Below, piece by piece: positions 17,168 to 27,050 of a stretch of 64,000 nt of DNA (the first letter of the stretch is position 1; every line of letters begins with the position of its first letter). A program made the translations under genes and the position numbers. Under the pieces are notes generated by a model. That model had not been told where the DNA came from. It saw nothing but the letters and a program-made list of their open reading frames with translations, and did no database searches. Origin of the DNA: an uncultured Pseudomonadota bacterium (GTDB lineage Bacteria; UBA10199; JADFYH01). The DNA lies in the NCBI GenBank assembly GCA_964414715.1, contig CAYPXN010000040.1:5988-69987 (forward strand), given 5' to 3'.

Positions 17168-18814
17168 ATGACCACTCAAATACCTTTTGATTTTGAACAA
17201 GAAGAAAAAGAAGGCGAAGGTTTTTCCCAAAATATTGCAGAAGAAGGGCCTGAAATAGCCCAGGTTTCCAGTAGGGCAGGGATGGTAGGTTTTTACACCT
17301 TCCTTTCACGAATCTTTGGATTGGGTCGAGATACCCTGATTGCCTACTTGTTGGGAGCCAAAGAAGCCGCAGATGCCTTCTATGTGGCATTTCGTATTCC
17401 CAATCTTTTAAGAAGACTTTTAGCCGAGGGTTGCCTGACCATTTCTTTCATTCCTGTTTTCACGGAATATTTAAGAAAAGATAAAAAAGAGGCTAAGCAG
17501 GTGGCGGATTATACCTTTACTCTTTTAACCCTCCTTTTGTTTGTAATCACTCTCATTGGGGTAGTTTTCGCAGGATTCTTTGTAAAATTGACGGCCTTTG
17601 GATTTACCGAAGATCCCCAAAAATATGCGCTTACGGTACAACTCACCCGTATTACCTTTCCCTATATATTCTTGGTAAGCTTGGGGGCCCTTTCAATGGG
17701 CATCCTGAATTCCCTCAAACATTTTTCAACTCCAGCGGCTTCTCCGATTTTTTTAAATGTCGGGATTATCTTGGGGGCGATTCTTCTCAGACATCACACT
17801 TCCCAGCCTTCTGTGGCCCTGGCAATCGGCGTGATTTTGGGGGGAGTGATGCAGATTCTTCTCCAAATTCCCGCGCTCATCAAATTCGGTTTTCTTCCCC
17901 GAATATCCTGGAATCCGCAACATCCTGGGGTACAAAAAATTCTCAAACTGATGCTCCCTTCGATTTATGGATCGGCAGTTTATCAACTCAATCTTTTTGC
18001 CATTACTTTTATGGCTTCATTTTTAACCACAGGCGCGGTGAGTTACCTTTGGTATGCAGATCGAGTGATGGAATTTCCTTTGGGAGTTTTTGCCATCAGT
18101 TTTGCAACGGTTATTTTGCCCCAACTCTCCGATCATGCGGCAGATAAAAACATCCCCAAATTCAAGTCTTCTTTTTTGGAAGGCTTGAGCATGATTTACT
18201 TTATTAATTTTCCCGCGACCGTGGGACTTATCACTTTGGCAAACCTGATTATTTCAGTATTATTTCAACACGGACACTTTTCCGAAAATTCCACGATCAT
18301 GACCGCTCAAACGCTGCAATGCTTTGCCTTGGGTCTTCCCTTTGTATCGGGCACTCGCATTACCTCCTCTGCCTTTTATGCTGTTCAAGATTCCAAAAGC
18401 CCCGTGAAGGCGGCCAATATCGCCGTATTTGCAAACATCATCATGGGAGCAATTCTTCTAAAACCCTTGGGACACAAAGGTTTGGCCTTGGGCGTGGCCT
18501 TCGGTTCCATGACTAATTTCTTGCTGCATATTTTTGACTTTCGAAAAAAGATGGGGGCCTTGGGACTCAAAAAAATGATCCCATCTGTTTTGAAAATGGT
18601 TGCGGCTTCTTTGGGAATGGGGCTTGTTTTGATTTTTTCCCAAGCTTTCATACGCGCTCATCTGGGCACTTCCACCTTGGGACGTTTTTCCGCTCTTTTA
18701 ATCTTGATCGCTTTGGGAGGAGGGACTTATATTCTTTTTGCAAAATTACTTAAGATTCCCGAAACGGAACATTTTTTAAGTATCTTAAAAAGAAAGCTGA
18801 AAAAGAAAAAATGA
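17168..18814 (+). CDS. murJ: Lipid II flippase MurJ (MviN).
   Basis: FLSRIFGLGRDTLIAYLLGAKEAADAFYVAFRIPNLLRRLLAEG with about 14 TM segments. Length 548 aa. Confidence 0.9.
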   Translation: MTTQIPFDFEQEEKEGEGFSQNIAEEGPEIAQVSSRAGMVGFYTFLSRIFGLGRDTLIAYLLGAKEAADAFYVAFRIPNLLRRLLAEGCLTISFIPVFTEYLRKDKKEAKQVADYTFTLLTLLLFVITLIGVVFAGFFVKLTAFGFTEDPQKYALTVQLTRITFPYIFLVSLGALSMGILNSLKHFSTPAASPIFLNVGIILGAILLRHHTSQPSVALAIGVILGGVMQILLQIPALIKFGFLPRISWNPQHPGVQKILKLMLPSIYGSAVYQLNLFAITFMASFLTTGAVSYLWYADRVMEFPLGVFAISFATVILPQLSDHAADKNIPKFKSSFLEGLSMIYFINFPATVGLITLANLIISVLFQHGHFSENSTIMTAQTLQCFALGLPFVSGTRITSSAFYAVQDSKSPVKAANIAVFANIIMGAILLKPLGHKGLALGVAFGSMTNFLLHIFDFRKKMGALGLKKMIPSVLKMVAASLGMGLVLIFSQAFIRAHLGTSTLGRFSALLILIALGGGTYILFAKLLKIPETEHFLSILKRKLKKKK

Positions 18815-19311
18815 CGGAACCCGTCAAGCCGGTATCTAAAGTAGAAAAGGTCACTTCCCTGGAGAAGGGAAAGTCTCCTTCTGTCACATCTTCTGAAAGC
18901 TCATCGAATATTTCTTCTCCAAATCCTTCTTTTCAAATTCCTGTAGCAGATGTTTTTATAAAAGATCAAACTTCCGCTTTTGTAGGACCCGATTCCTTTG
19001 TATCAGGTGAAGAAGTACTTTCTGCCTCCTTGGCTCTTTTTGCACCCGAAACCCAAAAGAAAGAAAACGATTTGACTCCCGCCCAAAAAACAATGGAATT
19101 GACTAATTTGGACTACCTGCTCGGAATTTCCTCGACGCGCGTCGCTCCAAAGAGTGAGGGGAGCTCTGCTGAACTCTCGAAACACCGGGAAGAAATGCTG
19201 GCCTTGTATGCCGCTCATGCCTCCGGACAAGCGCGCTTAGCTGAAAAAAAGAAAAAAAATCTTTGGAAAAGAATTTCTGGATTCTTGAAGTCTATCTTCC
19301 TGAATAGTTGA
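18811..19311 (+). CDS. Ser-rich hypothetical protein, translationally coupled to murJ.
   Basis: ATGA overlap with the murJ stop. 166 aa. No family recognised. Confidence 0.45.
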   Translation: MTEPVKPVSKVEKVTSLEKGKSPSVTSSESSSNISSPNPSFQIPVADVFIKDQTSAFVGPDSFVSGEEVLSASLALFAPETQKKENDLTPAQKTMELTNLDYLLGISSTRVAPKSEGSSAELSKHREEMLALYAAHASGQARLAEKKKKNLWKRISGFLKSIFLNS

Positions 19312-19369
19312 GCTTATTTTACTTCTGTTGCTTGACTTTGTTTATCCCATTTGGGAATAGGCATAAGTT

Positions 19370-20854
19370 ATGGAAGATACAAATATTTATCGCGAACAGC
19401 GCCTCGAAAAAGTCAAAAAAATGCAGTCGGATGGAGTGAATCCCTATCCGAATGGTATCAAGCCTGAACACCTTGCCGGAAAAATTCATCAACAATTCGG
19501 CGACATGTCCAAGGAAGAACTGGAAGCCCGCCCGGATGTTTACTCTCTTGCAGGCCGAGTGATGGCCATCCGTTCTTTCGGAAAAGCTTCTTTCATTCAA
19601 GTTCGCGACCGTAGCGGACAAATCCAGATTTTTATCCAAAAAGATTCTCTTACAGAAGCCGAATTCAATCTTTTTAAAACTTTGGATGTGGGAGACTTTG
19701 TTTTTGTAAAAGGCACTTTGTTTCGCACAAAAACAAATGAACTGACAATCAAAGCTCAAACTTTTTCCATTGCAGTAAAATCGATTCGAAATCTTCCCGA
19801 AAAATGGCACGGTTTATCGGATGTTGAAACACGCTATCGTCAACGCTATGTGGATATGATCGCCAATCCCGAAGTGAAAAATACCTTCGTGATGCGTTCG
19901 AAGATTATCCAGTTTATCCGTGAATTTTTTACCCAACGGGATTTTCTGGAAGTGGAAACTCCCATGATGCATCCCATTCCCGGAGGAGCCACAGCCCGAC
20001 CTTTTATTACGCATCATAATACCTTGGATATGAAATTGTTCTTACGTATTGCTCCCGAACTCTATCTCAAAAGACTTGTGGTGGGGGGCTTGGAACGTGT
20101 TTTTGAAATCAATCGCAATTTCCGTAATGAAGGAATTTCCATCCAGCACAATCCCGAATTTACGATGCTTGAATTCTATCAAGCTTATGCGACCTATGAA
20201 GATTTGATTGAGTTGAGTCAGGAACTTTTGAGTCAGCTCGCACTCAAAGTCTGCGGAAGCACAGAGATCGAATATCAGGGAACTCCGATTAGCTTTAAAG
20301 CTCCCTTCAAGCGTTGCCGTTTCATGGATTCTTTGGTGGAAATCGGGGGAGCTCCCGCTGAAATACTGACTTCCAGGGATGCAGCCTATCAATTCGCCCA
20401 AAAACTTGGGATAAAGTTGAAATATGAAAGCGAAGGACACCTTGCAATTTTGACAGAAATTTTTGAAGAAATCGTAGAACCGAAACTGATCAATCCAACC
20501 TTTATCACTCATTACCCCACGGAAGTTTCACCGCTTTCGCGCAAAAATGATCAGGATCCAAACTTTACCGATCGTTTCGAGCTTTTTATTTATGGTCGTG
20601 AATTGGCCAATGCCTTCTCGGAGCTGAATGACCCCGTCGATCAAAAAGAACGTTTTTTAAAACAGGTGGAATCTCGGGAAAAAGGCGACGACGAAGCCAT
20701 GTTTTTCGATGAAGATTACATCCGTGCTCTGGAGTATGGCATGCCTCCCACCGCAGGGCAGGGAATTGGTATAGATCGTTTAGTCATGCTCTTAACCAAT
20801 CAGGCTTCGATTCGTGATGTCATTTTGTTTCCGCAATTGAGAAAAGAAAAATAG
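19370..20854 (+). CDS. lysS: Lysine--tRNA ligase, class II.
   Basis: N-terminal OB-fold anticodon-binding domain, class II motifs (FRNEGIS..HNPEFTMLEFY; GGQGIGIDRLVM). Length 494 aa. Stop codon TAG. Confidence 0.95.
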   Translation: MEDTNIYREQRLEKVKKMQSDGVNPYPNGIKPEHLAGKIHQQFGDMSKEELEARPDVYSLAGRVMAIRSFGKASFIQVRDRSGQIQIFIQKDSLTEAEFNLFKTLDVGDFVFVKGTLFRTKTNELTIKAQTFSIAVKSIRNLPEKWHGLSDVETRYRQRYVDMIANPEVKNTFVMRSKIIQFIREFFTQRDFLEVETPMMHPIPGGATARPFITHHNTLDMKLFLRIAPELYLKRLVVGGLERVFEINRNFRNEGISIQHNPEFTMLEFYQAYATYEDLIELSQELLSQLALKVCGSTEIEYQGTPISFKAPFKRCRFMDSLVEIGGAPAEILTSRDAAYQFAQKLGIKLKYESEGHLAILTEIFEEIVEPKLINPTFITHYPTEVSPLSRKNDQDPNFTDRFELFIYGRELANAFSELNDPVDQKERFLKQVESREKGDDEAMFFDEDYIRALEYGMPPTAGQGIGIDRLVMLLTNQASIRDVILFPQLRKEK

Positions 20855-20885
20855 GAAAGCTAGGCTGGAGGCCCCAAAGAAATTA

Positions 20886-22118
20886 ATGAAACTCGAAACC
20901 CAAATTGCACAGCGCTATCTCCTGAAAAGTGGCCAGGGAAATTTGGGTTCTTTATTGGCGGTCATTGCTCTATTGGGAGTCATCGTCAGCGTTTTTTCTC
21001 TCCTCAGTATTCAATTTGTCATGACAGCCTTTTCAAAGGATGTCCGAAGTAAAATACTTCACTTTTCATCTCCTTTGGTTCTTACACCGACAGATCCCAC
21101 TTTATTCGCAGGAAAATCCCTCCCTGAAATGCCAAAATCATTTCAATCTCAGAAACTCTTTCCTTATCTTGAAACAGAGGGAGTGATTCGTACGGGAGAC
21201 GAAGCGGTTCAAGGTTTAAAGATCAAGGGACTCGATCTGCAGGATCCTATTCTTACTCAAAAGTTGAAGGTTGATTATGAAGAAGGCTATTCCCTGAACG
21301 ACCTGCCTTCCAAAGAAGAGGTCTTACCCGGAATTATTCTGGGAGTAGAACTCGCAAAACGCCTCAACATCTACCCAAGCCTTAATGAAGAAGTGGATTT
21401 GATTTACCCTTTTGGAGACGTAGATCCTTCCGGCGAGATGAGACCGCGCGTCCGTCGATTTCGGGTGATAGGCACTTTTAAGAGCGGTTATTACGAATAT
21501 GATAACAAGTTTGCCATTCTTGCTTTGGGAGAAGCCCGACGCTTGATACCTGCCACAGAAGTTCCCACCCAATGGGCCTTGCAAGACCTTTCCATTTTTG
21601 AATCTCAAAAAAAAGCCGAAGAACTCAATCAGTTTTTCTCTGGAAAATGGAAGGCCGAAAGTTGGGGGGAACATAACAAAAAACTTCTCACCTCCTTGCA
21701 ATTGGAACGATTTACCATGACCTGCGTCCTAGCCCTCATGATCATCATTGCGACCTTTAATATTTTCAGTTTGATCATGATGATTGTAGTCGATAAGCAA
21801 AAAGAAATTGCGGTCTTTCGGGCCATGGGCTTGGCAAAAAATCGGGTGGTCTCCATTTTTACCCGTATTGCTTTGTTAATAGGAAGCTTGGGAGCTGTGA
21901 TAGGTTCTTCCTTGGCAATACTTGCTGCATTGATTCTGAAATGGCATCCCCTCAAAATGCCGACTCCTTATTATCTGGATAATTTACCCATACAAATTGA
22001 TGTCCCCACACTGATCATTGTTTTATTGCTGGCACCCTTGTTTTCATTTTTGGCAGCCTGGTATCCGGCCTACAGGGGAGGACGTTTCGAAATTTCGGAC
22101 TCTCTACGCTATGAGTAG
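20886..22118 (+). CDS. Lipoprotein-release ABC transporter permease, LolC/E family (FtsX-like).
   Basis: 4-TM FtsX/MacB architecture with a large periplasmic loop. Followed by a paralog and the lolD ATPase. Confidence 0.8.
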   Translation: MKLETQIAQRYLLKSGQGNLGSLLAVIALLGVIVSVFSLLSIQFVMTAFSKDVRSKILHFSSPLVLTPTDPTLFAGKSLPEMPKSFQSQKLFPYLETEGVIRTGDEAVQGLKIKGLDLQDPILTQKLKVDYEEGYSLNDLPSKEEVLPGIILGVELAKRLNIYPSLNEEVDLIYPFGDVDPSGEMRPRVRRFRVIGTFKSGYYEYDNKFAILALGEARRLIPATEVPTQWALQDLSIFESQKKAEELNQFFSGKWKAESWGEHNKKLLTSLQLERFTMTCVLALMIIIATFNIFSLIMMIVVDKQKEIAVFRAMGLAKNRVVSIFTRIALLIGSLGAVIGSSLAILAALILKWHPLKMPTPYYLDNLPIQIDVPTLIIVLLLAPLFSFLAAWYPAYRGGRFEISDSLRYE

Positions 22119-22150
22119 CTTTTTGCGGACTGGAGCATATTTTAATTTTT

Positions 22151-23395
22151 ATGTGGAAACTTAGTTTTCAAATTGCCTTACGTTCTCTTTTTTCACCGAG
22201 GTCGCGCTATGCTCATTCCGCGATTGGCTGGGTCGCTCTCATTGGTTTAATCTTGGGAGTAGCTGCTCAGGTAGTGGCGATTTCAATTCTGGGCGGATTC
22301 GAAAAACAGTTTACAGAATCAATTTTGGGATTCAATGCAGACCTTGTTTTATTGCGTGATGGAGAAATCAGTAATCCTTCGGAAGTTTTGGCTGAATTAA
22401 AAAGCTATGAAAAAGAGGGGGTTCGCGCCATCACCCCCTTCCTTTATAGAGAAGGCTTGGTGGCCCACAAATCGAAAGTAAAAGGCTTTATCATTAAAGG
22501 AATCGATACAAACACATTTTCAAATGTTTACAACTTAACCTTTAAAGGTTTTAATGATTATTCAAATCCTTTTCAAACTTCTTTATTGGAAAAAATCCCC
22601 TCCCAGCCAGAAGAGGGGATTCCCATTGTTTTAGGTTCTGATCTGGCGGAATACTTAGGAGTAAGTCCGGAAGAACCCATGGTTTCCATTCTGCTGCCCA
22701 AGGGAAACCTTCAGAAAATCACGGATTCACATGCCTTCAAAAAATTTCGGGTGATTGCCACTTTTTCGAGCGGCCTTTATGAGTTTGATTCCCAATTTGC
22801 CTTAATGGATCTTTCTCAAGCCCAACAACTCTTTGACCTTCCTAACGTGGTAACCGGTTATGAAATGAAGGTTCGGGATTTAAAAAAAGCCTCTCAAATT
22901 GCAGAAAGCATGGCCAAAGATTTTCACTTTCCCTACCAAGCTTTATCCTGGGATGAACTGAATGCAGAAATATTTCACGCCTTAAAGCTCGAAAAGAAAC
23001 TTTTCTTTATCATTATGGGATTAATTGTGTTAGTAGCCGCAGCCAACTTGATCGGCTTGGTGGTAATTCTGATCTCGGAACAGTCAAAAGAAATATCGAT
23101 TCTCAAGGTTATGGGCATGAAAAACAAGATCCTCAAGAGAATCTTCACGTTACAGGGGCTCATTTTGGCAATTTTGGGTGTGAGCTTGGGATGTCTTTTG
23201 GGTTGGCTCCTCACAAGCTACCTTACTCATCACTCTATAGTAAATATCGCCAAGGAAGTTTATTTGGTGTCTCACTTGCCGATAGAACTTTCACTCAAAA
23301 CGATGGGCTGGATATTCACCTTTGGGATTTTAAGCTCTTATCTCAGTGCAAAACTCGCTTCACGCAAGGTTTTGGGGCTGAAACTGGATTTATAA
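22151..23395 (+). CDS. Lipoprotein-release ABC transporter permease, LolC/E family, second copy.
   Basis: Paralogous to the upstream gene. Same FtsX-like topology. Confidence 0.8.
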   Translation: MWKLSFQIALRSLFSPRSRYAHSAIGWVALIGLILGVAAQVVAISILGGFEKQFTESILGFNADLVLLRDGEISNPSEVLAELKSYEKEGVRAITPFLYREGLVAHKSKVKGFIIKGIDTNTFSNVYNLTFKGFNDYSNPFQTSLLEKIPSQPEEGIPIVLGSDLAEYLGVSPEEPMVSILLPKGNLQKITDSHAFKKFRVIATFSSGLYEFDSQFALMDLSQAQQLFDLPNVVTGYEMKVRDLKKASQIAESMAKDFHFPYQALSWDELNAEIFHALKLEKKLFFIIMGLIVLVAAANLIGLVVILISEQSKEISILKVMGMKNKILKRIFTLQGLILAILGVSLGCLLGWLLTSYLTHHSIVNIAKEVYLVSHLPIELSLKTMGWIFTFGILSSYLSAKLASRKVLGLKLDL

Positions 23396-24067
23396 ATGGA
23401 AAGCATTCTCGAAGCAAAAAACATTCATAAGTCCTATGGAAAAGAAGGGCAGAAGATCGAAGTTTTAAGAGGCATAAGTTTTAGTTTGCAGAAAAGTGAA
23501 CCCGTAGTAATTGAGGGCGCCTCAGGTGCGGGAAAATCCACCTTACTTCATATATTAGGAGCTCTGGATAAGCCCACTGAAGGTTCGGTCTTTTTTAAAA
23601 AAAGTGACCTGTTCGAAAAAACTGAGAAGGAACTTTCAGACTTTCGAAACAAGGAATTGGGTTTTGTATTTCAGTTTCACCATCTTCTTCCATTGTTTAC
23701 AGCTTTGGAGAACGTAATGATGCCGGCCCTGATTGCAGGGATTTCAAAGATGGAAACCCTTGAAATGGCAAAACTCCTTCTGCAACAGGTTGGCCTAGAG
23801 CATCGATTGAGTCATAAAGCAAACGAACTCTCAGGAGGAGAACAACAGCGCGTAGCCATTGCCCGGGCACTGATTATGAAACCCAAATTGTTGCTGGCGG
23901 ACGAACCCACGGGAAACTTGGATGCTGAAAATTCTCGGATGATTTTCGACTTGCTTTTAAAAATGAGTGAGCACTATCAAACGACACTTGTTTTAGTAAC
24001 CCATAATGAAGTATTGGCATCGAGTCTGAAAAAACGAATTCGAATCCAGGATGGAAAAATTGTTTAG
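23396..24067 (+). CDS. lolD: Lipoprotein-release ABC transporter ATP-binding protein LolD.
   Basis: Walker [13 protein letters not shown] signature [15 protein letters not shown], Walker B LLLADEPT. Confidence 0.9.
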   Translation: MESILEAKNIHKSYGKEGQKIEVLRGISFSLQKSEPVVIEGASGAGKSTLLHILGALDKPTEGSVFFKKSDLFEKTEKELSDFRNKELGFVFQFHHLLPLFTALENVMMPALIAGISKMETLEMAKLLLQQVGLEHRLSHKANELSGGEQQRVAIARALIMKPKLLLADEPTGNLDAENSRMIFDLLLKMSEHYQTTLVLVTHNEVLASSLKKRIRIQDGKIV

Positions 24068-26015
24068 AAGATTTTGTTCAAAAATAATTTCAATTTCACT
24101 CAACAAAAGAACTTTGGCACTTTGTTGCCTGCTTACTTTTTCCCTTTCTCTTTTTCCTATCAACTCTTGGGCCGCTGAAACCATCACTTCAGTAGACGTG
24201 GAAGGTTTGTCCAAAGTCGACAAAGTCACCGCTCTCAAGGCAATCAAAACAAAGGCGGGAGATTCCTATTCCTTGGAAGCAGTTCACCAAGATCTGAAAA
24301 GCCTTTACGCTTTGGGAATTTTTTCCGATATCGAAGTAAACAAGGAAGCTGCCGGTTCAGGGGTAAAAATCATTTTCAAGGTCAAGGAACGCCCCGTCAT
24401 CACCAAAATTTCTATTCAGGGAGCAAAGGGAGTTTCAGATTCAAAGGTTCGTGAAGTAATCGTTCAGAAAGAAGACCAACCTTTGGATGAAAAGAAGGTA
24501 GGGGAGTCCAAAGAAAAGATCAAAGAACTTTACTCCAAAGAAGGTATGGGCTTGGCGGTTGTAAATACCGAGATAAAAAACCTCAAAAACGATGAAGCTG
24601 AACTGATATTCAAAATTAGCGAAAACAAGAATCTCAAAGTCAAAAAAATCACTTTTGAAGGAAATACCGTTTTTTCTTCGCGCAAACTTCGTAGCTTTAT
24701 GGCTACCAAAGAAAAAGGCTTTCTTTCCTTTTTGACGGGTTCCGGAAAATACCGCGATGAAATGATTGAAAGAGATACTGCTTTTCTGACTTATCAGTAT
24801 CTCAATAAAGGCTACTTAAAGGTTCAAGTCGATAAACCTGAAATCATCCCTTTGGCGAAAGGAAATGGAATTGAAGTTCATTATAAGATCGTTGAAGGGG
24901 AGCGTTATAAAATCAGAAATGTGACCCTTCAAGGAGATGTCCTTACCACCAAAGAAGAACTTCTTTCAAAATTCACCACGCTAAAAGGCAACTATTATTC
25001 TCAAAAGTTATTGGAAGATGATATTCAAAAACTTACAGAACTTTACGGAAACCAAGGTTATGCCTTCGCCAACATCCGTCCACAGCCCAATCCCGATGAT
25101 GCCAGCAAAGAGGTGGACATTAATGTTCTCATCGATAAAGGCGACAAAATTGCAGTCGAAAAAATTAATATCACAGGGAATACCATCACTCGAGACAAGG
25201 TGATTCGTCGCGAATTAAAAATCACCGAGAACAGTTTTTACAATGAAGAACTCGTTCAACAATCCAAGAAAAAACTGGAAGCCTTGGGTTATTTTGAAAA
25301 AGTTGAAATTTCTACCCCCAAAGGGACCGCAGACGACAAACTCAATCTCAATATTAATGTGAAAGAAAAGCCGACCGGCTCTTTTTCTGTGGGAGCAGGT
25401 TACAGCTCGGTAGAAAGTTTCCTGGTCACGGCATCTATCACCAAGCAAAACTTCATGGGTTTGGGAATCAGCGGATCCGTGTTGGCTGAAGTTTCAAAAC
25501 TCCGACAACAATTTTCTCTTCAATATGCAGACCCATACTTCCTAGACACGAAATGGATCTTTTCAGGAAACGTTTCCAAACTATTGACTCGTTTCGACGA
25601 CTTCGACCGTGATGCCCTCAGTGGCGAAGTAAATATGGGACGACATCTCTTTGACAATTCTTCTGCAACCCTGGGATACCGTATTGAAAAAGTGAAAGTA
25701 GACAATTTCTCTCTCGTTGTTCCCCAATTCTTTCAACAAGACACGAGTGGGGTAACCTCCAGCGCCCTTGTTGCAATGGAAAGAGACACGCGTAACAATC
25801 GTTTGGCAGCGACCAAGGGGGATTATGAGCAGGTCGTCGCAGAATATGCGGGCTTGGGTGGGAACAACCACTTTTTCCGAGTAAATGCCAATGCCCGCTA
25901 CTTTTTGCCGGTCCCAGTTCCCTTTTTAAAATCTTCGGTCTTTAAAGCCAATTTAAGAATTGGTTATATTAAATCTCTTGAAAACGGCACTCCCGTTCCC
26001 TTGTTTGAACGCTAG
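24051..26015 (+). CDS. bamA: Outer-membrane protein assembly factor BamA, major N-terminal part (signal peptide, POTRA repeats, most of the barrel), ending at an in-frame TAG.
   Basis: POTRA-like repeats followed by beta-barrel sequence. The ORF stops at ...PVPLFER* while the conserved BamA motif continues in the same frame downstream. Confidence 0.85.
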   Translation: MEKLFRRFCSKIISISLNKRTLALCCLLTFSLSLFPINSWAAETITSVDVEGLSKVDKVTALKAIKTKAGDSYSLEAVHQDLKSLYALGIFSDIEVNKEAAGSGVKIIFKVKERPVITKISIQGAKGVSDSKVREVIVQKEDQPLDEKKVGESKEKIKELYSKEGMGLAVVNTEIKNLKNDEAELIFKISENKNLKVKKITFEGNTVFSSRKLRSFMATKEKGFLSFLTGSGKYRDEMIERDTAFLTYQYLNKGYLKVQVDKPEIIPLAKGNGIEVHYKIVEGERYKIRNVTLQGDVLTTKEELLSKFTTLKGNYYSQKLLEDDIQKLTELYGNQGYAFANIRPQPNPDDASKEVDINVLIDKGDKIAVEKINITGNTITRDKVIRRELKITENSFYNEELVQQSKKKLEALGYFEKVEISTPKGTADDKLNLNINVKEKPTGSFSVGAGYSSVESFLVTASITKQNFMGLGISGSVLAEVSKLRQQFSLQYADPYFLDTKWIFSGNVSKLLTRFDDFDRDALSGEVNMGRHLFDNSSATLGYRIEKVKVDNFSLVVPQFFQQDTSGVTSSALVAMERDTRNNRLAATKGDYEQVVAEYAGLGGNNHFFRVNANARYFLPVPVPFLKSSVFKANLRIGYIKSLENGTPVPLFER

Positions 26016-26390
26016 TTCACTGGGGGTGTAAACTCTTTGAGAGGTTTTGCCCCTCGAACCATTGGTCCCAAACTTCAAATTCCACCCAGCACCACGGCAG
26101 GAGATCAAACCTTCGTCTATGGGGGGGATAAGTTACTGGTATTCAATATGGAATATGAATTCCCCATTTATGATCCCGCCAACTTTAGAGGAGTTATTTT
26201 CATTGATGCCGGTAATGCTTATGCTGAGAATCAGGACTTAAACCCATTGAAAGTCCGCACAGATTGGGGTTTTGGAGTCCGTTGGGTTTCTCCATTTGGA
26301 CCTTTACGATTTGAATGGGGTTTACCTTTCCATAAGCAACCTGGAGAACAAAGCATCGTCTTCAACTTCACAATTGGTACTTTCTTTTAA
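26016..26390 (+). CDS. bamA: C-terminal barrel segment of BamA, in the same frame as 24051..26015 and separated from it only by the TAG at 26013-26015.
   Basis: FTGGVNSLRGFAPRTIGPK...ends ...TIGTFF, with a C-terminal aromatic residue. 26037-24051 = 1986 = 3x662, so the frames are identical. Confidence 0.8.
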   Translation, partial: FTGGVNSLRGFAPRTIGPKLQIPPSTTAGDQTFVYGGDKLLVFNMEYEFPIYDPANFRGVIFIDAGNAYAENQDLNPLKVRTDWGFGVRWVSPFGPLRFEWGLPFHKQPGEQSIVFNFTIGTFF

Positions 26391-26511
26391 TTTTTCACAA
26401 AATTCATAACACCCATATCCTGATTTCAGCGTTGCTGAACGAATTGTGCTTGTTTTTAAAAAAATATTCTTATAGAAAAACAAAAACATTCCTTTAAGGA
26501 GGCAATATAAA

Positions 26512-27039
26512 ATGAAAAAGATTCTGATTTCTGTAGCAGTGTTAGGTTCACTTTTTTTGGGTCATGCCGTGATGGCTCAGGAAAAAGTAGGTTTGATTGA
26601 TCTTCAAAAAGCTCTCAATGAAGTGGAAGAAGGTAAAGCTGCAAAGGCACGTTTGAAAGCCGAATTTGATGCAAAACAAAAAACTTTGGATGCATTGCAA
26701 AATGATCTCAAAGCGATGAAAGACAACTTGGAAAAACAAAAACTTGTTTTAAGTCAGGATGCTCTCAAACAAAAAGAAATTGAATACCGCGATAAATTTA
26801 TCGAACTCCAAAAGAAGCTGGCAGAATTCCGAGGAGAGCTTCAACAAAAAGAAGCCCAGTACACAGGAGACATCATCATTGCTTTAAAGCAATTAGTCAG
26901 TGAAGTTGGGGCAAAAGACAAATACACTCTTATTTTCGAAAAAGGACAAGACGTGGTTTTGTATGCACCTAATGCAACCGATCTGACTCCTGCATTAATT
27001 CAGCTGTACAACTCCAAACCCCATCCTGCAAAAAAATAG
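26512..27039 (+). CDS. skp: Periplasmic chaperone Skp/OmpH.
   Basis: Signal peptide followed by a coiled-coil Lys/Glu-rich sequence. Sits immediately after bamA, as in many Gram-negatives. Confidence 0.8.
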   Translation: MKKILISVAVLGSLFLGHAVMAQEKVGLIDLQKALNEVEEGKAAKARLKAEFDAKQKTLDALQNDLKAMKDNLEKQKLVLSQDALKQKEIEYRDKFIELQKKLAEFRGELQQKEAQYTGDIIIALKQLVSEVGAKDKYTLIFEKGQDVVLYAPNATDLTPALIQLYNSKPHPAKK

Positions 27040-27050
27040 ATTAAAGCTTC

